64,000 bases of DNA from an uncultured Barnesiella sp. (GCA_944321085.1 CALUJY010000008.1:68685-132684), one strand, 5' to 3'. Positions 47,691 through 57,114 are shown, counted from the stretch's first letter. Numbers and translations are program-made. Notes: a model not told the origin generated them from the letters alone.

Positions 47691-48929
47691 ATGGAAAATT
47701 GGCGTGTCACCGTATTACAGTGGCTTAACATAGATGCCTCGGGATTCTCGTGGATAGAGAAATTTGCCCTTGTGATGGTTTCCTTGCTGGTAATTATGCT
47801 GGTGTATCGTTTGTGCAAGCTCATTCTGCATCGCGTAGTCTTTAAGATAGTGAGAGCAACGAAAGCCACTTGGGACGATGTGCTGTTAGACCATAAGGTT
47901 CTCGACAAAGCTGTTATGATAATACCGGCCTTATTGGCGTTGGTGTTTTTCCCTTTTGTTTTTGTCGATGACCCCAGTGTTTACGATTTGGTACAACGGC
48001 TGACATGGGTATATGTCGTAGGGGTTGTAATCAGTACGCTGGTAACAGCGATGACAGCACTCTCGCATATCTTGCACGAGAAAGAACGTTTGCGCGACAA
48101 GCCCATCAAGGGGGCTATACAGATGGCTCAGATACTTACGATTTTGCTTGGAGTCATCGTCATGGTGAGTATCGTCATCAACAAATCACCCGCCTATCTT
48201 CTCACGGGACTTGGTGCGTCGGCCGCAGTTCTCATGTTGGTGTTTCAAGACCTTATACTCGGGTTGGTGGCCGGCATACAGCTCTCGGTAAACAATATGA
48301 TGCGCGTTGGCGATTGGGTTGTCGTCAAAGATAGAGACATAAACGGTACTGTAATAGAGATAACGCTCACCACTGTAAAGATACAGAATTGGGATTACAC
48401 CATTTCTACCATCCAACCGCAAGCGTTGATTAACGGGTCGTTCGTCAACTGGCGCAACATGTTCGATTCGGGTGGCCGTCGCATCGCCCGTACAATCAAC
48501 ATGGACTTGCGTTCGGTTCGTTTCCTTACCGACGCCGAGATTATGCAGTGGGAGAAAGACCCCTTGCTGGCGACATACATAGCCGACATACGCAAACGTA
48601 TAGCCGCAGCGCAAGAAAAGGGCGATGAGGTGGAGGCTCGCGCATTGCGCATGACGAACCTTGGCATATTCCGTATATATCTTCAAAACTATATCTCATC
48701 GCTCTCTTCTTTCAATGACAATTTTGTCTCTATGGTGCGCCTTATGGAACCTACCGAAAACGGCGTGCCTATGCAAATCTACTTCTTTACGGCACAAACG
48801 TCGTGGGTAGAGTACGAAGGAGTGCAGTCGGCGCTCTTCGAGCATATTTTCTCTATCGTACCCGAGTTCGGCTTGCGTCTTTTTCAAGCCCCTACGGGCG
48901 ACGATATTCGAGCCTGCCTTCGGTCGTAG
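47691..48929 (+). CDS. MscS-family mechanosensitive channel
   Basis: 412 aa. N-terminal TM helices and an MscS core (VGDWVVVKDRDINGTVIEITLTTVKIQNWD). Confidence 0.85.
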   Translation: MENWRVTVLQWLNIDASGFSWIEKFALVMVSLLVIMLVYRLCKLILHRVVFKIVRATKATWDDVLLDHKVLDKAVMIIPALLALVFFPFVFVDDPSVYDLVQRLTWVYVVGVVISTLVTAMTALSHILHEKERLRDKPIKGAIQMAQILTILLGVIVMVSIVINKSPAYLLTGLGASAAVLMLVFQDLILGLVAGIQLSVNNMMRVGDWVVVKDRDINGTVIEITLTTVKIQNWDYTISTIQPQALINGSFVNWRNMFDSGGRRIARTINMDLRSVRFLTDAEIMQWEKDPLLATYIADIRKRIAAAQEKGDEVEARALRMTNLGIFRIYLQNYISSLSSFNDNFVSMVRLMEPTENGVPMQIYFFTAQTSWVEYEGVQSALFEHIFSIVPEFGLRLFQAPTGDDIRACLRS

Positions 48930-48938
48930 TCTTATTAA

Positions 48939-48983
48939 ACAGAAAGGCTGCGTCTCTCTATAACGAGAGCGCAGCCTTTCTGT
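48939..48983. terminator. bidirectional terminator between the MscS (+) and SPOR (-) genes
   Basis: acagaaaggctgcgtctctc-tataac-gagagcgcagcctttctgt, a stem of about 19 bp with one bulge. Confidence 0.65.
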
Positions 48984-49005
48984 TTATGTTTGTGCCGAAG
49001 CCCGT

Positions 49006-49491
49006 CTATTGTTTTATCAGGAACCACGGGTCTTTGATATACGATGAGGGATATTGTTGCGTAATCTTGTAACGGGCTTCATTGGCCTCCTCGCGGGTGG
49101 CAAAGCCGCAAGCTATAACGCGGTACATACCCTGTGCGTTCTGTGCTACGAAGGCGGGATATCCGTCTTCGCGCAGACGGTCGCGTTGACTGTATGCGTT
49201 GGTACGTTGTATGAAGCTGCCCACTACTACATTGAAGGTATTCATCGTGCCGTCGTCGAGCACGTTTACGTGTTCCGTACGTTCAGTGGCAGGTTGTTGT
49301 GTCACAATGGGTTGCACCTCGGTAATAGCATCTTCGACGGGAGTCTCCTCTGTGACGATGGGTTTCTCAACGGCGGCAGCCATAGCTTTCTCGTAAGCCT
49401 CTTTGGTAGCTTGCTGACTGGGCTTGCACGATGCCATGCTTATTAACAAGAGTGCGATAACGCTCCATAAAGCTGTTTTTTTCATTGTCAT
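49006..49491 (-). CDS. SPOR-domain lipoprotein
   Basis: Trimmed to MTMKKTALWSVIALLLISMASC (lipobox). C-terminal SPOR domain FNVVVGSFIQRTNAYSQRDRLREDGYPAFV...YRVIACGFATREEA. Confidence 0.75.
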   Translation of the reverse strand: MTMKKTALWSVIALLLISMASCKPSQQATKEAYEKAMAAAVEKPIVTEETPVEDAITEVQPIVTQQPATERTEHVNVLDDGTMNTFNVVVGSFIQRTNAYSQRDRLREDGYPAFVAQNAQGMYRVIACGFATREEANEARYKITQQYPSSYIKDPWFLIKQ

Positions 49492-49508
49492 GCTTTTTTG
49501 TTTGGGTG

Positions 49509-49516
49509 CAAAGATA
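49509..49516 (-). promoter_or_regulatory. -7 box TATCTTTG for the SPOR gene
   Basis: Plus-strand caaagata, 17 nt upstream of ATG 49491. It lies inside the track's longer ORF. Confidence 0.45.
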
Positions 49517-49608
49517 AGATATTTAGAATGCATTTGCAATACGCAATACTTTGCGTATTGCAATCCTTATTTAGAGTAGAATTTTCGGTTGCAAGATGGT
49601 AGGAACCG

Positions 49609-50136
49609 CTATCGTCTGAATTTGATATAATAGATAAGTTCACTAATACCATATACGATAGAACCCCAGCCGAATATAGTTACCAACACTGCTTTTGTGA
49701 TGGATAGCGGGTTGAGGAGCAATAGTATTCCTGTGATAAGTATCAGTATGGGCAGTATATAATATCCTACCGGAATACGGCGATGCAGCAATGAGAGAAA
49801 TACGATTTCATATATTCCTGCAAATACGAGAGAGGCAGCCAGCAGGTAGATGAATATCTTTGCTACCGTAGCCGGGAAGCATATAATGGCTATTCCTGCC
49901 AATATGCTCAGGGCGGCAAGTATCGGGAAGCGCAGGGTGCTGTTGCGGCGTATGCGACGGCTCTTGTCGGAGTGCTCTATAATGTAGCGTATCACCTGTA
50001 TGATACCCGGTATAAGCAGCGTAAGTCCCAGTACGATGGCAATGTAGTGTAAGGCGTAGTTTGGAAACACAATCATGAAAATGCCTAAGACAAAGGCAAG
50101 AATGATGTATATCAAAGGGTTATATAAAGGTTTCAT
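49609..50136 (-). CDS. DUF308/HdeD-like multi-pass membrane protein
   Basis: Trimmed to MKPLYNPLIYIILAF. Six hydrophobic helices; no other motif. Confidence 0.55.
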   Translation of the reverse strand: MKPLYNPLIYIILAFVLGIFMIVFPNYALHYIAIVLGLTLLIPGIIQVIRYIIEHSDKSRRIRRNSTLRFPILAALSILAGIAIICFPATVAKIFIYLLAASLVFAGIYEIVFLSLLHRRIPVGYYILPILILITGILLLLNPLSITKAVLVTIFGWGSIVYGISELIYYIKFRR

Positions 50137-50196
50137 AATAGTCGTTATTAGCGGGCGGCTACATCGCATTGCCGCCGCGCGGTTACGTTCTGAAAT

Positions 50197-50204
50197 CAAA
50201 GATA
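50197..50204 (-). promoter_or_regulatory. -7 box TATCTTTG for the DUF308-like gene
   Basis: Plus-strand caaagata, 60 nt upstream of ATG 50136. Confidence 0.4.
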
Positions 50205-50232
50205 GTTATTTCTTCGTATCAGCCTCTCTGTT

Positions 50233-50742
50233 TTACAATTTTTTTCTATCGTTGTCGCTCAACTCAATTACTTCAAGGTCACTGAAATTGCCGCGTTCGA
50301 TATTGAATCGTACCAATGTACGTGTTTTGTGAAACCCATATCTGCCGGCTGCTCCGGGATTGATGTGCAGACAGTCGAGCGTTTTATCGTACATTACCTT
50401 CAAAATGTGTGAGTGGCCGGTGACAAAAAGCTGCGGCGGGTGGCGGTATATTTCCGGTACGACATCAGGGGCGTAATGTCCCGGATAACCTCCTATATGT
50501 GTCATCCACACGTCGGTATCTTCGATAGTGAAACGCTGGTGTCGCAGTGTGCGCAAGCGTATCTCTTGCCCGTCTATGTTGCCAAACACGGCACGTACCG
50601 GCTTTATCGACTCTAAATAGTTCAGTACTTCGCTACTCCCTATATCGCCGGCATGCCATATCTCGTCGCACTCGGCAAAATATTTTTCATATCGAGTGTC
50701 ACAATACCCGTGAGTATCAGAAAGTAATCCTATACGTTTCAT
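50233..50742 (-). CDS. YfcE/MJ0936-type metallophosphoesterase
   Basis: Trimmed to MKRIGLLSDTHGY. Contains HAGD, GNID and GHSH motifs. Confidence 0.85.
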   Translation of the reverse strand: MKRIGLLSDTHGYCDTRYEKYFAECDEIWHAGDIGSSEVLNYLESIKPVRAVFGNIDGQEIRLRTLRHQRFTIEDTDVWMTHIGGYPGHYAPDVVPEIYRHPPQLFVTGHSHILKVMYDKTLDCLHINPGAAGRYGFHKTRTLVRFNIERGNFSDLEVIELSDNDRKKL

Positions 50743-50793
50743 TCTTACGCCATTAAAAAAACAAATGCAGCACGCAGCGCTGTCGCATCCCTG

Positions 50794-50801
50794 CAAAGAT
50801 A
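50794..50801 (-). promoter_or_regulatory. -7 box TATCTTTG for the metallophosphoesterase gene
   Basis: Plus-strand caaagata, 51 nt upstream of ATG 50742 and inside the track's 98-codon N-terminal extension. Confidence 0.45.
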
Positions 50802-51059
50802 ACGTAAATAGAGAATAAAACCGTCGCTTTGCGACCTGTTTGAGACTATACCCGGTTGGCACCCCGTCTCCCGATACGCACGTTCGTTTGTTGCAGGCAC
50901 ACATCCATTCGTAATTGAGTGAGCACAGCGTTATTCGGCTCGGCACAAGTCTCTTGCTGTCCATAGCTACGATTTTATGGTTGTGCCGTGACGTTGTCGC
51001 CCCATGTTGCGGGGCTGAAAAACTTTTACAAAACACTTGCTATACCCGAAAAATAGCTG

Positions 51060-51067
51060 TATATTTG
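51060..51067 (+). promoter_or_regulatory. -7 box TATATTTG for tRNA-Gly
   Basis: 22 nt upstream of the tRNA 5' end. Confidence 0.45.
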
Positions 51068-51089
51068 CGCCGATTAAACAAAGCAATAT

Positions 51090-51162
51090 GCGGCAGTAGC
51101 TCAGTTGGTAGAGCATCAGCTTCCCAAGCTGAGGGTCGCGAGTTCGAGCCTCGTTTGCCGCT
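51090..51162 (+). tRNA. tRNA-Gly (anticodon CCC)
   Basis: Hand-folded cloverleaf. Acceptor GCGGCAG/TTGCCGC, D arm GCTC-AGTTGGTA-GAGC, anticodon arm TCAGC-TTCCCAA-GCTGA, variable GGGTC, T arm GCGAG-TTCGAGC-CTCGT. 73 nt, CCA not encoded. Confidence 0.9.
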
Positions 51163-51172
51163 CTTTTACGTA

Positions 51173-51220
51173 GCGCGCCAATTATCTTGCAAGATGATTG
51201 GCGCGCGATTTGTAGTTTTT
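51173..51220 (+). terminator. rho-independent terminator after tRNA-Gly
   Basis: gcgcgccaat-N14-attggcgcgc, a 10-bp GC-rich stem, with a T5 run ending at 51220. Confidence 0.7.
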
Positions 51221-51563
51221 GTTGCATCTTTTTTAGTAGCATTTATTTTTGGCATTCATCGGGTTAACGAAAAGATACGTTCGTTGATTTTATTAGAGGT
51301 GGGCAGTATCTTTTATAGAGTCGGTCTTTTTGTGATGTAGCGGTTGCGTAGATGATAATTATATGGTAAGTCGATTACATAGCATAAAAAAGAGCCGGAT
51401 ATGTTGCTCACGCAAGCTCCGGCCCAAGGAATTCATCACATTATGCTTATAAAAGTGCTATAGAGAGTATTACGCTCACGCGCAATAGAAAGTTGCGTCC
51501 CGCCGTACTGTCGTTTGGCAGAGGCGCAATGGAAAAAGGGTTGTAGTATTTTGTGAAATATTT

Positions 51564-52145
51564 TTAGACATATCGTTTTTCTATCACAGTCCAGTCGATA
51601 ATATCCCATAGACGGTTTACGTGTTCGGCTCGACGATTGCGATAGTCTATGTAGTAGGCGTGTTCCCATACATCGAAAGCGAGCAGGGGTATCAGTCCGC
51701 GCGATAAAGGAGTGCCGGCATTGCTTTCGGGGAAGATGGCAAGTTCACCTTTGTTATCGGCGCAGAGCCATATCCATCCTGAACCGAAAAGTGCTACGGC
51801 CTCAGCTTCGAAAAGTTCTTGAAAACGAGCAAACGAACCCCATTGTTTGTCGATAGCGGCAGCCAGCTTGCCTCTTGGAGCCCGGTGTCCTGTCGGGGAG
51901 AAAGAGGCAAAATAAAAGAGGTGATTCCACGCCTGAGCGGCATTGTTGAAAAGCGCGCCATCGGATGTCTTCACGATGGTTTCAAGCGGGAGTGCCTCGT
52001 ACGACGTACCGGCTATAAGGGCATTGAGTTTGTCGATATAGCCTTGCGTATGTTTCCCGTAGTGGAATGTAATCGTTTCGGCACTAATAACGGGATACAG
52101 GTCGCTATCGTTATAAGGAAGAGGGGGTAATTGGTATTTTTTCAT
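51564..52145 (-). CDS. sodB: Fe/Mn superoxide dismutase
   Basis: Trimmed to MKKYQLPPLPY. Contains FHYGKHTQGY and DVWEHAYYIDYRNRR. Confidence 0.93.
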   Translation of the reverse strand: MKKYQLPPLPYNDSDLYPVISAETITFHYGKHTQGYIDKLNALIAGTSYEALPLETIVKTSDGALFNNAAQAWNHLFYFASFSPTGHRAPRGKLAAAIDKQWGSFARFQELFEAEAVALFGSGWIWLCADNKGELAIFPESNAGTPLSRGLIPLLAFDVWEHAYYIDYRNRRAEHVNRLWDIIDWTVIEKRYV

Positions 52146-52526
52146 TGTTGAGAACGTTTCGTTTCTATCATAAAACAAGCGTAGCGGAAAAAAGTTCTTT
52201 ATGCGATAAAAAAATCGGGAAATTTTTTTTCATGCGGGGAGCCGCGATGGTATGTGAGCGTATTTCGCTTTGCCATGGGTGGTGGTATATCGTAAGGTAT
52301 TTGTCGAGGGTAGAATTGATATTGTAAATCGCTCTGTGGCCGAAAGCATATTTATGCGTTTGAATTTCCCATAAGAAATAGAGAGGCGCGTGTCGGAACG
52401 ATTGACGTATCTGAAAGAAGGAATGCAACATGCTGTCGCAATCGAGTTTTCGACAGAATAATTGCCGGGTCGAAGAAAGCTGTGCATTTGTATGTCTGAA
52501 TATTTGTTTGTTACAGCAAGAATAAT

Positions 52527-52534
52527 TATCTTTG
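52527..52534 (+). promoter_or_regulatory. -7 box TATCTTTG for rplY-pth-hslR-lipoprotein
   Basis: 80 nt upstream of ATG 52615. Confidence 0.4.
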
Positions 52535-52614
52535 CACCGCTTTTTAAGAACCGTGTGATGGGAAATTAAGGAGCAAGAAAAAACTTAATTTTTAGTAACA
52601 CAAAATTTTTACAC

Positions 52615-53262
52615 ATGAAATCATTTGCTTTGAACGGAACAGTCCGTACCGATTTGGGAAAGAAAGCAGCTCGTGAGTTGCGCAAAAACGGACAAATCCC
52701 CGCAGTTCTCAATGGAGGTACCATTGTAACGTTGCCTTTTACCGGGACACTTGCCCCCGGCGAAAAATTAGTTGAAATAGAGAATGGTCGCGGTATCATA
52801 GTGACCGACTTTTCAGTATCTCCCGAAGATGTTCGCAAGTTGGTTTACACACCCGATATATTTTATATCAACCTCACCATCGGCGACAAGAAGGTGAAAG
52901 CCGTATTGAAAGACATACAATTCCACCCTGTAACCGATAAAATCTTGCACATGGATTTCTTGGAGGTAAACGAAGAGAAACCCATCGTAATGGAAGTACC
53001 CGTACAACTCGAAGGCCATGCCGAGGGTGTAAGAGCCGGTGGTAAGCTGCAACTCTCTATGAGAAAATTGCGCGTGAAAGCCATCTATACACACATACCC
53101 GAGCGTTTGGTTATCAATATCGACAATTTGGGTCTGGGTAAGACGATGCAAGTGGGCGATCTTCACTTCGATGACCTTGTGCTGATGAATGCCAAGAACG
53201 CCGTTGTATGCGCCGTGAACCTGACACGTGCTGCTCGTGGTGCTGCTGCTGCCAAAGAATAA
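52615..53262 (+). CDS. rplY: 50S ribosomal protein L25 / general stress protein Ctc
   Basis: 215 aa. RELRKNGQIPAVL, plus a beta-barrel C-domain. Confidence 0.9.
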   Translation: MKSFALNGTVRTDLGKKAARELRKNGQIPAVLNGGTIVTLPFTGTLAPGEKLVEIENGRGIIVTDFSVSPEDVRKLVYTPDIFYINLTIGDKKVKAVLKDIQFHPVTDKILHMDFLEVNEEKPIVMEVPVQLEGHAEGVRAGGKLQLSMRKLRVKAIYTHIPERLVINIDNLGLGKTMQVGDLHFDDLVLMNAKNAVVCAVNLTRAARGAAAAKE

Positions 53263-53274
53263 TCTTTTGCATAG

Positions 53275-53838
53275 ATGAAATATCTTATTGTAGGTCTGGG
53301 TAATATCGGCCGAGAGTACGAAAATACCCGCCACAACATAGGATTCAGTATATTGGACGCCTTTGCCGAGGCGTCCAATACTGTTTTTTCCGATATGCGT
53401 TACGGCGCAGTAGGGCGTACGACAGTAAAAGGCCGTTCGTTGATATTGCTTAAACCATCTACTTATATGAATTTGAGCGGCAATGCCGTGCGTTATTGGA
53501 TGCAGCAAGAGCACATTGAACTCGAAAACCTGCTTGTATTGGTAGACGACATTTCGCTCCCGTTCGGTACACTGCGGCTGAAACCCGGCGGCAGTGATGG
53601 AGGGCATAACGGACTAAAACATATTGCCGAAACATTGGGTACGCAGAACTATGCCCGTTTACGCTTCGGGTTGGGTAACGATTTCCCGCGGGGAATGCAG
53701 GTGGAGTATGTGTTGGGTACATTTCCTCCCGAGCAACGTGCGTTGTTGCCCGAACGATATGAAAAGGCTTGTGAGATTATAAAAAGTTTTTGTCTCGCAG
53801 GCATAGCCATCACAATGAACCAATATAATAAGAAATAG
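53275..53838 (+). CDS. pth: peptidyl-tRNA hydrolase
   Basis: [24 protein letters not shown]...GGHNGLK. Confidence 0.95.
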   Translation: MKYLIVGLGNIGREYENTRHNIGFSILDAFAEASNTVFSDMRYGAVGRTTVKGRSLILLKPSTYMNLSGNAVRYWMQQEHIELENLLVLVDDISLPFGTLRLKPGGSDGGHNGLKHIAETLGTQNYARLRFGLGNDFPRGMQVEYVLGTFPPEQRALLPERYEKACEIIKSFCLAGIAITMNQYNKK

Positions 53839-53840
53839 AT

Positions 53841-54281
53841 ATGCCCCTTGCCGAAGTCCGCATAGACAAATGGTTGTGGGCGGTACGCGTATTCAAGACC
53901 CGTACCATTGCCACCGAGGCTTGTAAAAAAGGCCGTGTTGCCGTATCGGGCGTCACGGTGAAGCCTTCGCGTGTCATTAAAGTCGGCGATGTCATAAACG
54001 TACGCAAGCCCCCGGTGACTTACAGTTTCAAGGTGCTGGCGCTTGCCGAAAACCGTATGGGTGCCAAGTTGGTGCCGCAATATCTTGAAAACATTACGCC
54101 TCCCGAGCAGTATGAGCTGCTCGAAATGGTGCGTATAAACGGTTTTGTCGACCGTCAGAAGGGGTTAGGGCGTCCCACCAAACGCGATGGCCGTGCAATC
54201 AGGCAGTTTACGCAATACGATGCAGCCGATGACGGTTTTGATTTTGACTTCGGTTTCGACGATGATGATGACGACGAATAA
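53841..54281 (+). CDS. hslR: S4-domain ribosome-associated heat-shock protein Hsp15-like, with polyacidic FD-repeat tail
   Basis: VRIDKWLWAVRVFKTRTIATEACKKGRVAVSG (S4 domain). The C-terminus is DDGFDFDFGFDDDDDDE. Confidence 0.8.
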   Translation: MPLAEVRIDKWLWAVRVFKTRTIATEACKKGRVAVSGVTVKPSRVIKVGDVINVRKPPVTYSFKVLALAENRMGAKLVPQYLENITPPEQYELLEMVRINGFVDRQKGLGRPTKRDGRAIRQFTQYDAADDGFDFDFGFDDDDDDE

Positions 54282-54301
54282 GATGCGACGATAGGAATAC
54301 T

Positions 54302-54682
54302 ATGAAAAAATTTCGATTGAGGACATTACTGTTACTGCTTTTATCGGCAGTCGCTTTCAACGCTTGCGACGAGACATACGATTTCCCTATTACGGGACGG
54401 TGGATGCTTACCCGATTTGACGATTGCGGCGAGGTTTATTATTACGACCCCTACTACGACGGATATTATCTTATACTCAATCCCGACGGTTCGTATGAGC
54501 AGGACTTCGGACAGATAGACTACGGACGGTGGTATTATAATGCGTTGAATGGCGACCTCGTACTCTCGTCGATACATGGTACCGATTTGTATGGCGAGGT
54601 AGTCCGCCTCGATAATATGCTTGTTATAGAATATACCTATCCCGACGGTTATTACGAAGTAGAGTATTACGAACGTTGGTGA
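54302..54682 (+). CDS. small Tyr-rich lipoprotein (lipocalin-like?)
   Basis: Signal plus lipobox LLLLLLSAVAFNAC. Contains ITGRWML, and the rest is rich in Y/D/G. Confidence 0.5.
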   Translation: MKKFRLRTLLLLLLSAVAFNACDETYDFPITGRWMLTRFDDCGEVYYYDPYYDGYYLILNPDGSYEQDFGQIDYGRWYYNALNGDLVLSSIHGTDLYGEVVRLDNMLVIEYTYPDGYYEVEYYERW

Positions 54683-54841
54683 CACGTTCTTCCTGAGTAT
54701 GGCTCATCTCTCCGAATATCATGCTTGGGGGCTTGTCCTGCGGCGAGGTGGGCGGCCATTGCTCATGGGGAATATTGGGGAGCAGAGTTTTTCTTCCCCC
54801 TTTAGCTTTCTTTTTATGGTATAAGCCATAGAAAAAAACGA

Positions 54842-56776
54842 CTATTTTTTCCGATTGTTTTTAGTGCCTTTATTGGGTTGCCTCCGTCGTTCGTTTCGCG
54901 GCGAGTTTTTTCTGTGGTCTGTTCTTCCGGCCGGTTGTTGAGGTTTGTAGGGCTTGTCGCCATACAATGCCTTGATAAGGTCTTTGCGGTGCAGACGGGT
55001 GAGCGAACGGCGTATATCCTCCTCATATTCGCGTTTATACCAGAAGAAATATTTGCGTTGGCTCAGTTTCTGTTCGGCGCTTCGGGCAGTATATACCTTT
55101 TCGCCGTTATACGGGTCGATGCCGGTATAGTACATCTCTGTGGCAAGTGTCATGGGTGTCGGGGTGAAGTCTTGCACTTGTTCGAGATGAAAATGTAGGT
55201 GCTTTGTCGCTACGGCAAGCTCGGCCATAGCCTCTTCCGTACAACCCGGGTGGCTCGATATGAAGTAGGGGATAAGTTGTTGCGGTAGCCCCTCTCGACG
55301 GTTTACTTTCTCGAAGAGCGTGTTGAAGGAGTAGAACAAGTCGAAAGAGGGCTTGCGCATGTAACGCAGCACCTGTTCCGATGTGTGTTCGGGAGCCACT
55401 TTGAGTCGTCCCGATACGTGTCGTGCAATAAGCTCTTCGGCATATTCGCGTCCGCTATCGGCGATGGCAGGGTCTTTGTGGCGGTGTAATACGAGGTCGT
55501 AACGTACGCCGCTGCCTACAAAAGTCTTTTTAATGCCCGGTAAGGCATCGGCTTGACGGTATAGTGCCGTCAGCGGACGGTGGTCGGTCACGAGATTGGG
55601 GCAAACGGCGGGGAAGAGGCACGACGGGCGTCGGCAGCGGTGGCACAGCTCCTCGCGCTCGCCGTGCATGCCGTACATATTTGCCGATGGGCCACCAAGG
55701 TCGCTAATGTATCCTTTGAAATCGGGCATCTGCGACACTGCTTTTACTTCGCGTAAGATAGAAGCCTGCGAACGCGAGGTGATGAATTTGCCTTGGTGTG
55801 CCGATATGGTGCAGAAAGCACATCCGCCGAAGCATCCGCGGTGGAGGCATATCGAGTGGCGTATCATTTCGTAAGCCGGAATTGTTTTGCCTTTGTAGCG
55901 CGGGTGCGGCATGCGGGTGTATGGCAGGTCGTACACGGCATCCAATTCGGTCGTTGTCATCGGTGGGTAGGGGGGATTGATGCAAACGGCTTCTTTGCCG
56001 CAACATTGCCACAAGTGGTGCGCCCGAAAAGCATTAGACTCCTCTTCTACTATCTTGAAGTTGGCAGCCTGTTTCTGTTTGTCGTGCAAACATTCTTCGT
56101 GCGAGGCCATTATCACATGCTCATCGCAGGCGACCGGTAACATCTCGGCAGGCAGGAGCACGGCAGTCTGCGGCACGTCGTGCAAGGATGCTATCGGGCA
56201 TCCGGCATCGAGGCGACGGGCTATCTCTACGATAGGACGTTCGCCCATGCCGTAGATGAGCAGGTCGGCAGGGCAATTGGCCAAAATAGGCGGCAGCAGC
56301 TTGTCTTGCCAATAGTCGTAGTGTGTGACGCGGCGCATCGAAGCCTCTATGCCTCCTATTACTACCGGCACGTCGGGATATAGTTCTTTGAGTATCTTTG
56401 TATATACGATGGTAGGATAGTCGGGACGCATGCCATGTCGTCCGCCGGGCGTATAGGCATCGTCGCTGCGCAATCTCTTGTTGGCCGTATAGTGGTTTAC
56501 CATAGAATCCATGGCGCCTGCTGTCACGCCAAAAAAGAGACGCGGACGTCCCAGCTTGCGGAAGTCGCGCAGGTCGTCGCGCCAGTTAGGTTGCGGAACA
56601 ATAGCAACCCTGTATCCTTCGGCTTCGAGCACGCGTCCCAGTACAGCCGCTCCGAAGGAGGGGTGGTCTATGTAGGCGTCGCCTGTAAACAATACTACAT
56701 CGACATATTCCCATTGGCGCAGCTCCATCTCTTTGCGCGAGGTGGGCAGCCACTCTTCAATCCTATATTCCTGCAT
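54842..56776 (-). CDS. ygiQ: YgiQ-family radical SAM protein
   Basis: CLHRGCFGGCAFCTI (CxxxCxxC) with a long conserved N-domain and a basic C-terminal tail. Start trimmed to MQEYRIEEWLP because a -7 box overlaps the track start. Confidence 0.9.
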   Translation of the reverse strand: MQEYRIEEWLPTSRKEMELRQWEYVDVVLFTGDAYIDHPSFGAAVLGRVLEAEGYRVAIVPQPNWRDDLRDFRKLGRPRLFFGVTAGAMDSMVNHYTANKRLRSDDAYTPGGRHGMRPDYPTIVYTKILKELYPDVPVVIGGIEASMRRVTHYDYWQDKLLPPILANCPADLLIYGMGERPIVEIARRLDAGCPIASLHDVPQTAVLLPAEMLPVACDEHVIMASHEECLHDKQKQAANFKIVEEESNAFRAHHLWQCCGKEAVCINPPYPPMTTTELDAVYDLPYTRMPHPRYKGKTIPAYEMIRHSICLHRGCFGGCAFCTISAHQGKFITSRSQASILREVKAVSQMPDFKGYISDLGGPSANMYGMHGEREELCHRCRRPSCLFPAVCPNLVTDHRPLTALYRQADALPGIKKTFVGSGVRYDLVLHRHKDPAIADSGREYAEELIARHVSGRLKVAPEHTSEQVLRYMRKPSFDLFYSFNTLFEKVNRREGLPQQLIPYFISSHPGCTEEAMAELAVATKHLHFHLEQVQDFTPTPMTLATEMYYTGIDPYNGEKVYTARSAEQKLSQRKYFFWYKREYEEDIRRSLTRLHRKDLIKALYGDKPYKPQQPAGRTDHRKNSPRNERRRQPNKGTKNNRKK

Positions 56777-56797
56777 CTTTGTTTCTGTTTGAAGTTG

Positions 56798-56805
56798 CAA
56801 AGATA
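56798..56805 (-). promoter_or_regulatory. -7 box TATCTTTG for ygiQ
   Basis: Plus-strand caaagata, 21 nt upstream of ATG 56776. Confidence 0.45.
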
Positions 56806-57078
56806 GTGCAAATCGGGAACAGAATTTTCATCTTCTCATATTCTTCTGCACACGACCGGTTATCTTATGGGTAGAAAGTACGCCGATTTCGAGCCGTTTA
56901 CGATGGGAAGAAGAAGCCAACCTCTTGTCGAAGTACCGAATCCGCGCGGTGTTATACCGGTTTGTCGCTTGTTCATGTACGAGAAAACAAGATACGAACG
57001 ACGGCTTGGGATGGCGCCGGTATGCAACAAATGCGAGATTTTTATGATGAATAGCTTGCAAATAAAAGGGTAAAAGCG

Positions 57079-57086
57079 TAGCTTTG
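57079..57086 (+). promoter_or_regulatory. -7 box TAGCTTTG for the SNF transporter
   Basis: 28 nt upstream of ATG 57115. Confidence 0.4.
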
Positions 57087-57114
57087 GAAGATAAATCAAA
57101 CAATACGTCATATT

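Noticed and set aside
50743-51036. The 98-codon N-terminal extension of the metallophosphoesterase ORF. Similar extensions occur on the TlpA, sdaA, wza, AraC, SPOR, sodB, ygiQ and xseB ORFs.
   Set aside because: A TAnnTTTG box lies inside the extension for six of them (sdaA, wza, AraC, SPOR, ygiQ, xseB) and for the metallophosphoesterase itself. For TlpA and sodB no box was found inside the extension, so the trim rests on the internal ATG alone. In every case the internal ATG yields the canonical family N-terminus or a signal peptide. The extensions look like translated promoter DNA.
51090-51563. A possible genomic island integrated at tRNA-Gly.
   Set aside because: I saw no integrase, no direct repeat of the tRNA 3' end and no foreign genes. 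The tRNA has its own promoter box and terminator, and is followed only by 340 bp of spacer before sodB.
52179-52526. A long divergent sodB/rplY intergenic region with 60-87 aa ORFs.
   Set aside because: I recognise no conserved RNA or protein motif, and the ORFs are mutually overlapping and low-complexity. This is probably regulatory spacer. It could be rechecked with Rfam.
56806-57078. A 270-bp spacer with 68-91 aa ORFs (56828..57103, 56860..57111, 56867..57073), which might hold a riboswitch or small gene upstream of the SNF transporter.
   Set aside because: The transporter's promoter box lies downstream of this region, so it is not a leader. The ORFs overlap each other in different frames with no motifs. 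I recognise no riboswitch consensus.
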